Below, piece by piece: positions 30,482 through 43,204 of a stretch of 64,000 nucleotides of DNA. Source of the DNA: Acidocella sp. (GTDB taxonomy: Bacteria > Pseudomonadota > Alphaproteobacteria > Acetobacterales > Acetobacteraceae); contig DATJHR010000119.1 of assembly GCA_035493735.1 (NCBI GenBank), positions 3,589 to 67,588 of the forward strand, given 5' to 3'. A model generated the notes under the pieces. That model worked only from the letters and a program-made list of their open reading frames with translations, did not search any database and was not told where the DNA came from. The translations under genes were made by a program, and so were the position numbers. Numbering within the stretch: the first letter of the stretch is position 1; each line of letters begins with the position of its first letter.

Positions 30482-32167
30482 GTGACTGAATTTGTATTCG
30501 GGCTAACAAAATGGCGGGGGCACGGCTTGGCGCTCGCCCTCTATGCGGCCGCCTCGTTCCTGTTCATCGATCATTTTACGTCCCCAACCAAATATATTCT
30601 GGGGTTTGGCCACGATCCCGGCATTTTTATCTGGTTCTTTGCATGGTGGCCCTGGTCGCTCGCGCACCATCTTTCGCCGCTGCATACGGATCTGGTTTGG
30701 CAGCCGCAGGGCTTGAACCTGGCCTGGACGACGAATGTTCCGTTGCTGTCGGCGTTGGCGCTGCCGATCACCGTCATGGCGGGTCCCGTCCTCGCTTATA
30801 ACGTTTTAACGTTGTGCGCGCCGGTCGCGGCGGCCATGGCCGCCTATTTTCTTTGCCTGCACCTTACCAGGTCGTCCGTCGCGTCCCTATTCGGCGGGTA
30901 TATCTTTGGCTTTTCATCCTATGAGATGGCTGAAACGCTGGATCATTTAAATCTCGATGTCACGGTTTTTGTGCCCTTGCTGGTTTTGGTCGCGGTGCTG
31001 CGGGTTCAGGGGCGGCTGAGCAGAATGGCCACGGTGTGGCTGGTTGCCATGGGCATGGCCTGTCAGTTCATGATTTCCACGGAAATCACGGCAACGGGCG
31101 CCATTTTCAGCGTGCTCATCTGGGGTGTCGCGCTGGTCGTTTTGCCTGAGGCGCGGGCGATGCTGTGGCGTTTGGCGGTCGATATCAGCCTGGCGGCCCC
31201 CATCACAGTCCTCTTCGTCTCGCCGCTTCTTTGGGCGATGATTCACGGCAGTCAGGATCTGGCGTTGCCCTCCTTTTGGACGTTCCAATATTCGAATGAT
31301 TTGACCAGCTTCGTGGTGCCGACATTCTCGTCGATCATCGGCGGCTTGTCTTTTTACGGGTTCACACAGCACTTCTCCAACTATGTGGACGAGCAGGGGG
31401 CTTATATCGGCTTGCCTCTGCTGTTCATCATTGGCCTTTTTTTCTGCAAACGCTGGGAATGGCCTGTGGCGCGGTTTTTGGCGTTGGGGTTCGCCATCAT
31501 CGTCGTTGCCAGCCTTGGGCCAAACTTATGGATCGGCGGCCATTTTTCTGGAGTGGCCTTGCCGTGGTACGTGGCAACGAAGGTGCCAGTGCTGTCGGCG
31601 GCTGAGCCCGATCGGTTCGCGCTGTTCATGTGGTTGATCATCGCCATCGTCGCGTCTTTTTGGCTGGCCGAACCGCGCTCCGCCGAAGGCGCCCGCAGGA
31701 GCCGGTTGTTAGCCGCTTTCGCCTGCGTCATGATCGTGCCGGTCTTGCATCCCGTGGAGCCCGTTCCTGAACAGAAACTGTTTGAGCCCAAGAATTTTCA
31801 GGCGGAGATCTGGCCGAATAAGCGCGTTCTCATTCTGCCGTTCGGTATTCATGGAAATTCCACTTATTGGCAGGAAGAAAGCCGTTTCGGTTTCGTTCAG
31901 ACGGGCGGCTATCTAGGGTATCCACCACGGAACGATGCCAATATTCCGGCTGTGTCCGAATTATTCAATCGGCACTACCGGGCAACGTTTGTGGCGGATT
32001 TGGAACGATATTGCCTGAACACCGGCACGCAATTCGTGATTGCGGATAAGAACGTGGATACGGCTGTAAAGGCCGCCCTTGCCCAATCGGGATGGCCGCG
32101 ACGGCAATATGGCGATTTGTATATTTACTCCGTGACCAGCCGGGGCGCGGACAATCCGCATGGGTAA
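30482..32167 (+). CDS. Polytopic membrane protein, probable GT-C glycosyltransferase
   Basis: Many TM segments, GHDP..FIW.F.WWP loop, FGFSSY; visibly more AT-rich codons than the flanks. Confidence 0.6.
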   Translation: MTEFVFGLTKWRGHGLALALYAAASFLFIDHFTSPTKYILGFGHDPGIFIWFFAWWPWSLAHHLSPLHTDLVWQPQGLNLAWTTNVPLLSALALPITVMAGPVLAYNVLTLCAPVAAAMAAYFLCLHLTRSSVASLFGGYIFGFSSYEMAETLDHLNLDVTVFVPLLVLVAVLRVQGRLSRMATVWLVAMGMACQFMISTEITATGAIFSVLIWGVALVVLPEARAMLWRLAVDISLAAPITVLFVSPLLWAMIHGSQDLALPSFWTFQYSNDLTSFVVPTFSSIIGGLSFYGFTQHFSNYVDEQGAYIGLPLLFIIGLFFCKRWEWPVARFLALGFAIIVVASLGPNLWIGGHFSGVALPWYVATKVPVLSAAEPDRFALFMWLIIAIVASFWLAEPRSAEGARRSRLLAAFACVMIVPVLHPVEPVPEQKLFEPKNFQAEIWPNKRVLILPFGIHGNSTYWQEESRFGFVQTGGYLGYPPRNDANIPAVSELFNRHYRATFVADLERYCLNTGTQFVIADKNVDTAVKAALAQSGWPRRQYGDLYIYSVTSRGADNPHG

Positions 32168-32173
32168 TTATAG

Positions 32174-33841
32174 TCAGAGACGGTGCAGGGGAGGGGCGGT
32201 TTTGGACGAACCGTGGGAGGTCACAAAGTTTCGGAGATCACAGCCGATCTCATTTATTACAGAGCCCCACGCGCCGGGCTGGGACTGCCGATAGAGCCTA
32301 AGTGTCGGGTACCATGGGCTGTCACGTCTCTCTTCAAGCCATCGCCAACATGAATCAAAACGATTCATAAGCCATACTTGTTTCCCAAGAGCGGCCGCCA
32401 AATGTGCAACCGCTGTATCGACGGAGATCACGAGGTCGAGATTCGTGACCAATGCCGCGGTATCGGCGAAATCATCCACCTCCTTCATGAGGTCAATCAG
32501 AGGAAATGCTCCTGATGCGCCCGGGCCGGATTTTTGTAGGCTGAAGAACTTTAGCCCGGAGATTTCAAATAGCGGGGCCAGAAATTCTGGAGACATCGAA
32601 CGCCGGCGATCGATAGCCATCAGACTCGAAGAATGGTTGTAAGGTCTGCCGGCCCAAACGATCCCGATTTTTGGGCCTTGGTTGGCGATCTGGTCAAGGC
32701 GTGTTCGCCAATGCGCGGCCGCAACGGCCTCGGCATGCAGATAGGGAACCTCATTTGGAATCGACTCCAAACGCGTACCAAATGCCCGTGGCAAGCTCAG
32801 CAAAGGAGAGTGGAGATCAAACGGCGGCAATTGGTCACCATGCGCGATGACAAGATCTATGCCAGGAAGTCCGCGCAACAAGCGGAGAAGCGGTTTTTGT
32901 ACTTCTAGGATCACCCGAAGCCCGCGTGCCGCCGCAAGTGGTGCATATCGGCAAAATTGCAACGTGTCCCCGAATCCCTGTTCGGCATGGATAAGGAGGG
33001 TTTGGCCGTCCGCGCGTTCACCATGCCATTGCGGCTGAGAGAACTTACGTTGTTCGGAAAGCAAATGGCGTGTTTTCCAGCGCCATTCATATTCCTCCCA
33101 TCCCATCTCCATGTTGCCCTGTGCTAAAAGGGCCATGGCCAAATTGTTGTGTCCGTCGGGAAGGTCTGGCGTCAGATCGAGCGCGCGTCTGTAGCAGGCG
33201 ATGGCCTCAGCCAGGCACCCCTGCTGACCGAGGGTAACCCCCAAGTTGATGTGTGCCTCGGGAAAATTCGGTGCTAATTCGATCGCTCTACGATTGTAAG
33301 CGGCAGCCTCATTTAAGCGGCCTAACTCTCCAAGCGCTTTGCCAAGATTCGTGTGCGCCTATGGAAAACCTGGTTCAATTTCGAGAGCTTTACGAAAACA
33401 GATAGCCGCCTCTTCCAGTCTCCAGAGGTCGCCGAGCACGTTGCCAAGATTCGCATAAATGTCGGCGTTGTCTGGCCAGAGCTGAACGGCTTGGCGATAG
33501 GAGGCCGCGGCCTCATCCAGCTGTCTGACCTCCTCAAAAGCACGGCCGAGATTGAAATGGTAGGGTGCGACCCGGTCGTTAAGGTCTATGGCTCTTTTGA
33601 TCAGACCAATGGCTGTGTCGAAATGCCCCATATGATGTTCGATCATGCCGAGCATATGCAGGCTATCCGCATGTAATGGATTTTTTTGCGCGACCTCGCG
33701 ATAAAGCGCACGGGCTTCGTTGAAGCGGCCCGCTTGATGATGACGCAAGGCACTAGCGAATGCCGCCTCAAGGGCCGGGGAGGTGGCTGTCTTTCCCAGC
33801 CCCTCTTGCTTCATTTTCGCACGGCGTTGTTGGCGGTTCAC
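32174..33841 (-). pseudogene. TPR-repeat plus GT9-like glycosyltransferase with an in-frame TAG at 33359-33361
   Basis: PGFP*AHTNLGKALGELGRLNEAAA...PNFPEAHINLG continues in frame into EQGFGDTLQF.RY, DLVISVDTAVAHLA and SPWYP; start GTG 33841 or ATG 34021. Confidence 0.8.
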
Positions 33842-34098
33842 CGATGATCCTTCCAATTTGTTGCTGATCCGATAGATCAAAAACCCGCGCAACCCAAGAC
33901 GCTTGTTGAAAGGGAAGTGAATCGGCGCGGTTGGCAGTTTCATTTGCGCGCCGTTTGCGGAGGTATCAGCCTGGCGTTGGTCGGAGCCCGGTGGCGGGGG
34001 ATGGTCACCGCCGCCTGTCATGCGCTCCGTCCTTATTAACCGTGGTCACGGCGGCTGAATAAAGCTATACTCGCCCGAGTACAGAGCGAGGGGTGTGC

Positions 34099-34929
34099 AT
34101 GCGGGTGAGTGTGGTCCAGATGTCGCCGACGGCGGACAAGACCGAGAACATCGCCCAGGCCAGCCGCCTGATCGTCGGCGCCGTGGCCAGCGAGCGTCCG
34201 GATCTGGTTGCTTTGCCGGAGATCTGGACCTGTCTCGGCGGCACGCGGGACCAAAAATTCGCCGCGGCGGAGGCGTTGCCGGAGCCGGGCGACAAGGGGG
34301 GCGCCGCTTATGAATTCCTGCGCCAGGCGGCGGTCGCCAACGGCATCCATGTGCATGGCGGCTCGATCGGCGAGTTGGCCGGCGGGCGGCTGTTCAACAC
34401 CAGCCTGGTTTTCGCGCCTTCCGGGCAGGAGCTGGCGCGCTACCGGAAAATACACCTCTTCGACATCACCACCCCCGATGGCACCGGCTACCGCGAAAGC
34501 GAAACCTATGGCGCGGGCGAGGAGATCGTGACCTGCGACATTGCCGGCACCAAGGTCGGCCTCGCCATCTGCTACGATGTGCGCTTCCCTGAACTGTTCC
34601 TGGCGCTGCGCCGCCGTCATGTGGATCTGATCATGCTGCCCGCCGCCTTCACCTTGCAAACCGGCAAGGACCATTGGGAAGTCTTGCTGCGCGCCCGCGC
34701 GATCGAGACGCAGACCTGGTTCGCGGCCCCGGCCTGCACCGGCCCGCACCGGGGGGGCAAGGGCGATATCCGCTTCACCTACGGCCATTCGATGATCGTC
34801 GACCCCTGGGGCCATGTCGTGGCGCGGGCCTCGGACGGGCTCGGTTGGGCCACCGCCACCATCGACACAGCGCAGGCGGCGCGTGTGCGGGCGGATATGC
34901 CGGTGCTGGAGCACCGCCGGCTTGCCTAA
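34099..34929 (+). CDS. Carbon-nitrogen hydrolase (Nit1-like, deaminated-glutathione amidase family)
   Basis: [27 protein letters not shown]. Confidence 0.92.
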   Translation: MRVSVVQMSPTADKTENIAQASRLIVGAVASERPDLVALPEIWTCLGGTRDQKFAAAEALPEPGDKGGAAYEFLRQAAVANGIHVHGGSIGELAGGRLFNTSLVFAPSGQELARYRKIHLFDITTPDGTGYRESETYGAGEEIVTCDIAGTKVGLAICYDVRFPELFLALRRRHVDLIMLPAAFTLQTGKDHWEVLLRARAIETQTWFAAPACTGPHRGGKGDIRFTYGHSMIVDPWGHVVARASDGLGWATATIDTAQAARVRADMPVLEHRRLA

Positions 34930-34966
34930 CGTTCTGGCCCTGGGCGATGCCATGGCGCCGTTGGCC

Positions 34967-35725
34967 ATGGATATCGCGTTCATCGCGGCGCAGACGGAGT
35001 CCGCGGAGGCCGCGCGCGCGCGCCTGACGGCCCGTTATGGCGATTGCGCGCCGAAAGATGCCACCGTCATCGTCGCCCTGGGCGGCGACGGGCTGATGCT
35101 GGAATGCCTGCACACAGTGCTCGGCACCAAACAGCCGGTCTATGGCATGAATTGCGGCTCGGTCGGCTTCATGATGAACGAATATCATGAGGACGACCTG
35201 CCCGGCCGCATCGCGCGGTCGCTCTCCAGCGTCCTGCATCCGTTGCGGATGCATGCCATCACCGCCTCCGGCGTGGTCGAGGAGGCGATGGCGATGAACG
35301 AGGTGGCGCTGCTCCGTCAGTTGCGCCAGGCGGGGAAAATCCGCATCAGCGTTGACCACCGCGAGCGTCTGCCCGAGCTGATTTGCGACGGCGTGCTGAT
35401 TTCCACGCCGGCCGGCTCCACGGCCTATAACCTGTCCGCCCACGGCCCGATCATTCCGCTCACCGCGAACCTGTTGCCGCTCACGCCGATCTCCGCCTTT
35501 CGTCCGCGGCGCTGGCGCGGCGCGTTGCTGCCCTCCACGGCGGATGTGCTGTTCGAAATTCTTGAACCGGAGAAGCGCCCCGTGGCCGCGGTGGCGGATT
35601 TTACCGAAGTCCGCAACGTGGTCTCGGTGGCGGTGAGCGAGGACCGAAGCATCGGCGCCACGGTGCTGTTCGACCCGGATCGCGGGCTCTCGGAGCGGAT
35701 TCTGACGGAACAGTTCACGGTTTAA
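34967..35725 (+). CDS. NAD kinase
   Basis: LGGDG, NE motif, DG...[15 protein letters not shown]. Confidence 0.93.
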   Translation: MDIAFIAAQTESAEAARARLTARYGDCAPKDATVIVALGGDGLMLECLHTVLGTKQPVYGMNCGSVGFMMNEYHEDDLPGRIARSLSSVLHPLRMHAITASGVVEEAMAMNEVALLRQLRQAGKIRISVDHRERLPELICDGVLISTPAGSTAYNLSAHGPIIPLTANLLPLTPISAFRPRRWRGALLPSTADVLFEILEPEKRPVAAVADFTEVRNVVSVAVSEDRSIGATVLFDPDRGLSERILTEQFTV

Positions 35726-35782
35726 ACGCAGGGGGGGCCGGGGCCCTTGCTTGAAAAGTGCCCGTTCATTATGCCCCGTGCC

Positions 35783-36262
35783 ATGGCCCAGCATTACTAT
35801 ACGGTCACATGGGATCAGCTGCATCGGGACGCCAAGGCGCTGGCCTGGCGGCTGCATGGGCGCGCGCCCTGGCAGGGCATCGTCGCCGTCTCCCGTGGCG
35901 GGCTCATCCCCGCGGCGATCGTCGCCCGTGAGCTGGAATGCCGCCTCATCGAGAGCGTTTCCGTCGTCACCTATCACGACGAGAATCGCGGCGAGCCGGT
36001 GGTGACCAAGCCGCCGGCGGCGGCGGGCGAGGGGGAAGGGTGGCTGATCATCGACGACCTGGTCGATTCCGGCACCACCGCCCGGCTGGTGCGCAGCCTG
36101 CTGCCGAAGGCCCATTTCGCCACCATCTATGCCAAGCCGGCCGGCAAGCCGGTGGTGGACACGTTCATCACAGAGGTTTCCCAGGACACCTGGATCCTCT
36201 TCCCCTGGGATACGGAGCCGCAATTCATCGCACCGCTGGCGCGCGCCCATGGGCCGGGATAA
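35783..36262 (+). CDS. gpt: Xanthine phosphoribosyltransferase
   Basis: [27 protein letters not shown]. Confidence 0.93.
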   Translation: MAQHYYTVTWDQLHRDAKALAWRLHGRAPWQGIVAVSRGGLIPAAIVARELECRLIESVSVVTYHDENRGEPVVTKPPAAAGEGEGWLIIDDLVDSGTTARLVRSLLPKAHFATIYAKPAGKPVVDTFITEVSQDTWILFPWDTEPQFIAPLARAHGPG

Positions 36263-36610
36263 CCGCGCCGGGACAACCCCGAGGGATAACCGCAGCCTAG
36301 CCTTGCCCATAAAACTCAGGTAAGAGCGGATGAGCACGCCAGGGGGCGCGCTCGTGGCAGGCCTATGGCCAGCCGCGTTGTTTGAGACGAGCGGCAGAAC
36401 GGGGCTTTAGGAACGCAACCGGTCGAACCGCGCCGCCACCGGTTTTCACAACCGCGGCGTTTCCGGCCACATGGTCCGTGGTCTGTGAATTCGTGTTCGC
36501 ACCTTCACAGCCAGACCCATGCCGCCCGAGGCGCCGCCCAAACCCCGGTCGCACGCGATTCACCGTTACCGCGTTTCTTAACCCGCTCCGCCGTTGTTGG
36601 AGTGGTTGAG

Positions 36611-38755
<2,145 letters not shown>

Positions 38756-38760
38756 TTTTT

Positions 38761-38788
38761 AAAAAGGGCGGCTTCGGCCGCCCTTTTT
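38761..38788 (+). terminator. Bidirectional intrinsic terminator after pnp
   Basis: AAAAAGGGCGGC-TTCG-GCCGCCCTTTTT. Confidence 0.9.
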
Positions 38789-38801
38789 CATCAGAGGCCC
38801 C

Positions 38802-38961
38802 AAGGCAAGCGAAAGGCTTCTTTTTGTGAACAAAAAGAAGCAAAAAAACTTTATTTACTCTGGGCCGTGGGCGTTGGCGGCGACACAGACTCAGGCCCAG
38901 CTGAGCCAAAAGTTTTTGCGCCGCTTTTTTCAAAAAGCGGCCACTTTCTTGACTTTCCTTA
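38802..38961 (-). repeat. Palindromic element, copy 6 (centre type B)
   Basis: Centre CTGGGCCGTGGGCGTTGGCGGCGACACAGACTCAGGCCCAG; ends at the TAA of the Sel1 ORF. Confidence 0.95.
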
Positions 38962-40170
38962 GGCCGATGCGCCGCGGAACCAGACAGCGAAATTGAACGC
39001 GCCGATCGGGTCACAGGCTTCGGCGGCACGTTCGTACCATTCGGGCAGAGGTATGGAGCCGGTCGGCTGCGCGCCGGTGCGGCGGTTCAGCAGCAGGGTG
39101 GCGAGATCGGCCTGGGCGGCCGGATCCCCGGCCGCGTTGGCCCGCTGGAACCAGGTCGCGGCCGCGTCGGCATCGCGGCCGACGCCGGCGCCGGTCAGGT
39201 ACAGCACACCCAGGGCCCGGGCGGACTCACGATCCCCAGCGTCGGCGGCGCGGCGGAACCAGAGTGCCGCCGCACCGTAATTCGGCGGCAGGTCGCTGCC
39301 ATTGGCGTAAAGCTGGGCGAGGGTCGCCGCGGCTTCAACATCCCCGGCCAGGCCGGCGCGGCGCAGCCAGGCTTCGCCCTGCGCCCGGTTCGCCTTCAGC
39401 CCCAGCCCGCGGAACAGCATGGCACCATATTTCGTCTGGGCGGCTATGCTGCCGGCCTGCGCCGCCTGACCATAATAGGTGGCGGCGAGCGTGGCGTCGG
39501 CGGGCACGCCGATCGCCTTTTCGTAGATCAGCCCAAGATAATAATACGCGGTGGGAACCTTCTCGTCCGCCGCTCGGCGGATATGCGCGATGGCGGCGGA
39601 TATGTCGGCATCGGTTTTCGCACCGTGGAGAAGAACCGCGCCGTACCCCAGATGCCCGCGCGCGGCACCGGCCTCGGCCGCCTTGCCGTACCAGAATCTC
39701 GCCCGGGCGGCGTCGCGCAATTCTTCCGGGCCGGCGGCATAGATGAACCCCGCCATGACTTGAGATTCGGCATCGCCTTCCGCGGCGGCCAGCAGCGCCC
39801 AGCGCAAGGCGGTGGCGAAATCGGGTTCGGCACTGTCCTGGCGGAACAAAGCCGCCTCGGCGCCGCTTTCGGGATGCCCGGCCATGGCCAGCCCGGCGAG
39901 ATAGCGGCGCGCATCCGTGTCGCCCTTGTCCGCAGCGCGGCCGAACCATCGCGCCGCCTCGGAACGGTTGCGCGGCACCGCCTCGCCCCGCAGATAGCAG
40001 CGGCCGAGTTCACGCTCCGCCACGGTGAGACCGGCCGTGGCGGCGACGGCGAAAAGCTTGACCGCGCGAAGGTGATGGCCCGCTGCCTGCAAAGCCTGCG
40101 CCCGCGCCAGCGCATTGTCCGGCTTGCGGGCGGCCAGCCGGTCGGCGATCGTCAGCCGCGCTTTCGGCAT
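38959..40170 (-). CDS. Sel1-repeat protein, probably C-terminally truncated
   Basis: Repeated A..LG..Y..G.GV..D...A..WF..AA units; last unit stops part-way; start uncertain (40170 or 40242). Confidence 0.8.
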   Translation of the reverse strand: MPKARLTIADRLAARKPDNALARAQALQAAGHHLRAVKLFAVAATAGLTVAERELGRCYLRGEAVPRNRSEAARWFGRAADKGDTDARRYLAGLAMAGHPESGAEAALFRQDSAEPDFATALRWALLAAAEGDAESQVMAGFIYAAGPEELRDAARARFWYGKAAEAGAARGHLGYGAVLLHGAKTDADISAAIAHIRRAADEKVPTAYYYLGLIYEKAIGVPADATLAATYYGQAAQAGSIAAQTKYGAMLFRGLGLKANRAQGEAWLRRAGLAGDVEAAATLAQLYANGSDLPPNYGAAALWFRRAADAGDRESARALGVLYLTGAGVGRDADAAATWFQRANAAGDPAAQADLATLLLNRRTGAQPTGSIPLPEWYERAAEACDPIGAFNFAVWFRGASA

Positions 40171-40560
40171 GGCGCGGGATGAGGGGGCGCCGCTCACACC
40201 CACAGTCAGCGTGGCATCGGCATCCAGAGGCAAACTGTTCACTCACTTCATCCTTGCGTCGATCATGCAAGCTGTTATGAAAGTGCAACGATTTAAAATA
40301 CGTTCATCAGAGAGTCTAGTTTATTTTGAACTTGTAACGATTGTGTCGGGGCGGTCGTGCATTGGTCGTGAGGCGGACACACGATGGAGAAGACATTTTT
40401 GGGCCGGCATATCACCGCCGAGGCGCGCTTTAACATTTCCGATTTTTCATCTTTTTGTTGCGCCGCGTCGCGCCGGCTTGGGGGCGTGGTTTGAATTGCG
40501 CCGGCGAATCTGTCTCCTTGGGTTAGGGCCGCGACTCAGGGCCGCATCACGGAGGTTCGC

Positions 40561-41061
40561 ATGGAAATTCTAAACGCGACTGAAGCGGATCTCGAAGACG
40601 CACAGGCGATTTACGCGTACCATGTTCTGCATGGCACCGGCACGTTCGAAGAGGTGCCGCCCTCGCTCGAGGAATTCACGCAGCGCTACCGGGCGATCAT
40701 CGAGGGCGGTTATGCCTGGCTGCTGGCGCGCGACGCCTCAGGTTGCCTTGGCTTTGGCTATTACGGCCCGTTCCGCGCCCGCAGCGCCTATCGCTTCACC
40801 GTCGAGGACAGCGTCTATGTGCGCGAGGGGGTGCGGGGCCAGGGCGTCGGCAAGGCCATCGTCTCCGCGCTGGTCGCCCACGCCACACAGGCGGGGTTTC
40901 GGCAGGTGCTGGCGCTGATCGGCGATTCCGAGAATGTCGCCTCGGTGGGCGTGCATGCCAGCCTCGGCTTCCAGTCGGTCGGCACGATGCGCCGTGTTGG
41001 CTACAAGTTCGACCGCTGGCTCGATGTGGTGACGATGCAGAAGACGCTGGCGCGCGGATAA
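40561..41061 (+). CDS. GNAT N-acetyltransferase (Pat/YncA-like)
   Basis: TFEEVPP, RSAYRFTVEDSVYV, RGQGVGK, VGYKFDRWLD. Confidence 0.92.
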   Translation: MEILNATEADLEDAQAIYAYHVLHGTGTFEEVPPSLEEFTQRYRAIIEGGYAWLLARDASGCLGFGYYGPFRARSAYRFTVEDSVYVREGVRGQGVGKAIVSALVAHATQAGFRQVLALIGDSENVASVGVHASLGFQSVGTMRRVGYKFDRWLDVVTMQKTLARG

Positions 41062-41201
41062 ATAAGGAAGAAAGTGGCCGCTTTTTGAAAAAAGCGGCGC
41101 AAAAACTTCTTCGAACTGGGCCGGGGGCGTCGAAACCAGCACGGCCCAGTTTAAAAAAAGTTTTTTGCTTCTTTTTTCCAAAAAGAAGCCTTCCCTTCCT
41201 A
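41059..41201 (+). repeat. Palindromic element, copy 7 (centre type A)
   Basis: Lies between the GNAT TAA and the glutamine-synthetase-like TAG. Confidence 0.95.
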
Positions 41202-42551
41202 CATCCGTTCAAACGACCGGAAACGCTCCCAGTCCGTGACGGCGGCGTTGAACACGTCCAACTCCACCTTCGCCATGTTGGCGTAATGCGCCACCACATC
41301 CGCGCCGAACGCCGCCCGGGTGAATTCGTTTTCGGCAAACAGAAGCGCCGCCTCGTGCAGGGTTTTGGGCACGCGCGGCAGGTCTGCCTCATAGGCGTTG
41401 CCGGTGAACAGGGGCGCTGGCGGCAGGTCGCGCTCGATGCCGTCCAGCCCGGCGGCGATCATCGCGGCGAGCGCCAGATAGGGATTCACATCGCCGCCGG
41501 GCAACCGGTTCTCCACCCGCAGCGAGGTGCCGTGGCCCACCACCCGGTAGGCGCAGGTGCGGTTGTCCATGCCGCAGGCGAGGGTGGTGGGCGCGAAACT
41601 GCCGGCGGCGAAGCGTTTGTAGGAGTTGATGTTCGGCGCGTAGAACAAAGTGAGCGCCGGCGTATGCGCCAGCAGCCCGGCGAGGAATTGCAAAAACAGT
41701 TTCGATGGGCTGTGCCCGTCCGCCGCCACAAAGGCCGGCTGTCCGGCGCTGTCGCGGAGCGAGAGATGGACATGGCAGGAATTGCCCTCGCGCTCGTTGA
41801 ACTTCGCCATGAAGGTGAGGGCATGGCCGGCTTCCGCGGCAATCTCCTTCGCCGCTTCCTTATAGATCACATGTTGGTCGGCAGTGATCATCGCCTCGCG
41901 ATAGGCGAAATTGATCTCGTGCTGTCCAAGGTTGCATTCGCCCTTGGAGGTTTCCACCTGGATGCCCGCCTGCTCCATCGCATTGCGGATTTTCCGAATC
42001 ACCGGCTCCACCCGTGCGGTGCCGAGAATGGAGTAATCGTTGTTGTACTGGTTTGCCGGTGTCAGGCCCCGATAGGCTTTTTCCCAAGCGTCCTCATAGG
42101 AATTGCGGAACAGGAGGAATTCCAGCTCGGTCGCGGCGAAGGCGGTCAGCCCGCGCGCGGCCAGGCGCTCGAGTTGCTGGCGCAGCATGGTGCGCGGCGC
42201 CACCGGCGCGGGGCGGTGGCCGGCAAGTTCGATATCGCACAGCACGATCGCCGCTCCCGGCTGCCAGGGGGCGAGGCGCAGCGTGCTCAGGTCCGGCGTG
42301 AACAGGAAATCGCCATAGCCCTGGTCCCAGGAGACCAGCTCGTAGCCTGGCACCGGCCGGCACTCGACATCGGTGGCCAGCAGATAGGAACAGCCTTCCG
42401 TGGCCTCGCTGGAGAGGAAGAATTTCGGCATCAGACGCTTGCCTTGCAGCCGCCCTTGCATGTCCGGCGCGGCGAGGATGACCGTGTCGATCTCGCCGCG
42501 CTCGGCCATGGCGCGCAGGGTGGGCAGGCTGAGGGGGTTTGAGCCGGGCAT
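41199..42551 (-). CDS. Glutamine synthetase family protein (gamma-glutamyl-amine ligase, PuuA-like)
   Basis: DMQGRLQGKR, ELEF, GQHEINF, GNSCHVHLSL, NSYKR, DNRT, ENRLPG.D.NPY. Confidence 0.9.
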   Translation of the reverse strand: MPGSNPLSLPTLRAMAERGEIDTVILAAPDMQGRLQGKRLMPKFFLSSEATEGCSYLLATDVECRPVPGYELVSWDQGYGDFLFTPDLSTLRLAPWQPGAAIVLCDIELAGHRPAPVAPRTMLRQQLERLAARGLTAFAATELEFLLFRNSYEDAWEKAYRGLTPANQYNNDYSILGTARVEPVIRKIRNAMEQAGIQVETSKGECNLGQHEINFAYREAMITADQHVIYKEAAKEIAAEAGHALTFMAKFNEREGNSCHVHLSLRDSAGQPAFVAADGHSPSKLFLQFLAGLLAHTPALTLFYAPNINSYKRFAAGSFAPTTLACGMDNRTCAYRVVGHGTSLRVENRLPGGDVNPYLALAAMIAAGLDGIERDLPPAPLFTGNAYEADLPRVPKTLHEAALLFAENEFTRAAFGADVVAHYANMAKVELDVFNAAVTDWERFRSFERM

Positions 42552-42618
42552 CGCTAAATCCTTGCTATCCAGGGTTTAAGCACAAGCGACGCGTCAGGGG
42601 GAAGGCGCGGGTGGGCGC

Positions 42619-42657
42619 GAAAGAAAAGCGGCCGCTTCCGGGCGAAAGCAGCCGCTT
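42619..42657 (-). terminator. Intrinsic terminator after the XRE gene
   Basis: Minus strand AAGCGGCTGCTT-TCGCCCGG-AAGCGGCCGCTT followed by TTCTTTC. Confidence 0.7.
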
Positions 42658-42709
42658 GGGCCGACAGACAAACTCCTGAACCGATCGCGATTTGGTTGCG
42701 CAAATCGCG

Positions 42710-43204
42710 CTAGCGGCCCGGTGCGGCGGACTCGAACGCCGCCCCCTCGGGCGGGGCCAGGGACTTCATCAGGTCGAACATGCGCTTGCGCATCGCGGGG
42801 TCGGTAATGCGGTAATAGGCGCGCACCAGCTCCAGTGTTTCGCGCTTGGTCAGCTGGTCGTCGACGCCGGTGGAGAACGTTTCCTGCGGCTCGGCGAAGC
42901 CGTACATGCGGCCGCGTGGGCCTGAGACGGGGCCTTCGGACATGCCCTCGGGCATATCCTCGAAAAAGAAGCTGATCGGCACATCCAGCACGCGGGAAAT
43001 ATCGAACAGGCGCGAAGCGCCGACCCGGTTCACGCCGCGCTCGTATTTCTGCACCTGCTGGAAGGTGAGGCCGAGCGCGTCGCCGAGGCGCTCCTGGGAC
43101 ATGCCGAGCAGCGTGCGGCGCAGGCGGATGCGTGATCCAACATGGATATCGATGGGGCTGGGGCGGCTTTCACGCTCCGGACGATCAGCATGTTCTTCGG
43201 CCAT
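42710..43204 (-). CDS. XRE-family helix-turn-helix transcriptional regulator
   Basis: PIDIHVGSRIRLRR..LGMSQE.LG..LGLTFQQVQKYERG.NR. Confidence 0.93.
   Translation of the reverse strand: MAEEHADRPERESRPSPIDIHVGSRIRLRRTLLGMSQERLGDALGLTFQQVQKYERGVNRVGASRLFDISRVLDVPISFFFEDMPEGMSEGPVSGPRGRMYGFAEPQETFSTGVDDQLTKRETLELVRAYYRITDPAMRKRMFDLMKSLAPPEGAAFESAAPGR

Noticed and set aside
23689-33361. Genome-wide TAG reassignment or pyrrolysine use
   Set aside because: TAG ends several genes at their expected C-termini (rsmB, era, glnA-like, HNH). The two internal TAGs replace different residues, and no pyl genes or suppressor tRNA are in the window.
36256-36293. GGGATAACCG resembling a type I-E CRISPR repeat end
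   Set aside because: The units are only 11 nt with 2-3 nt gaps and no spacers.
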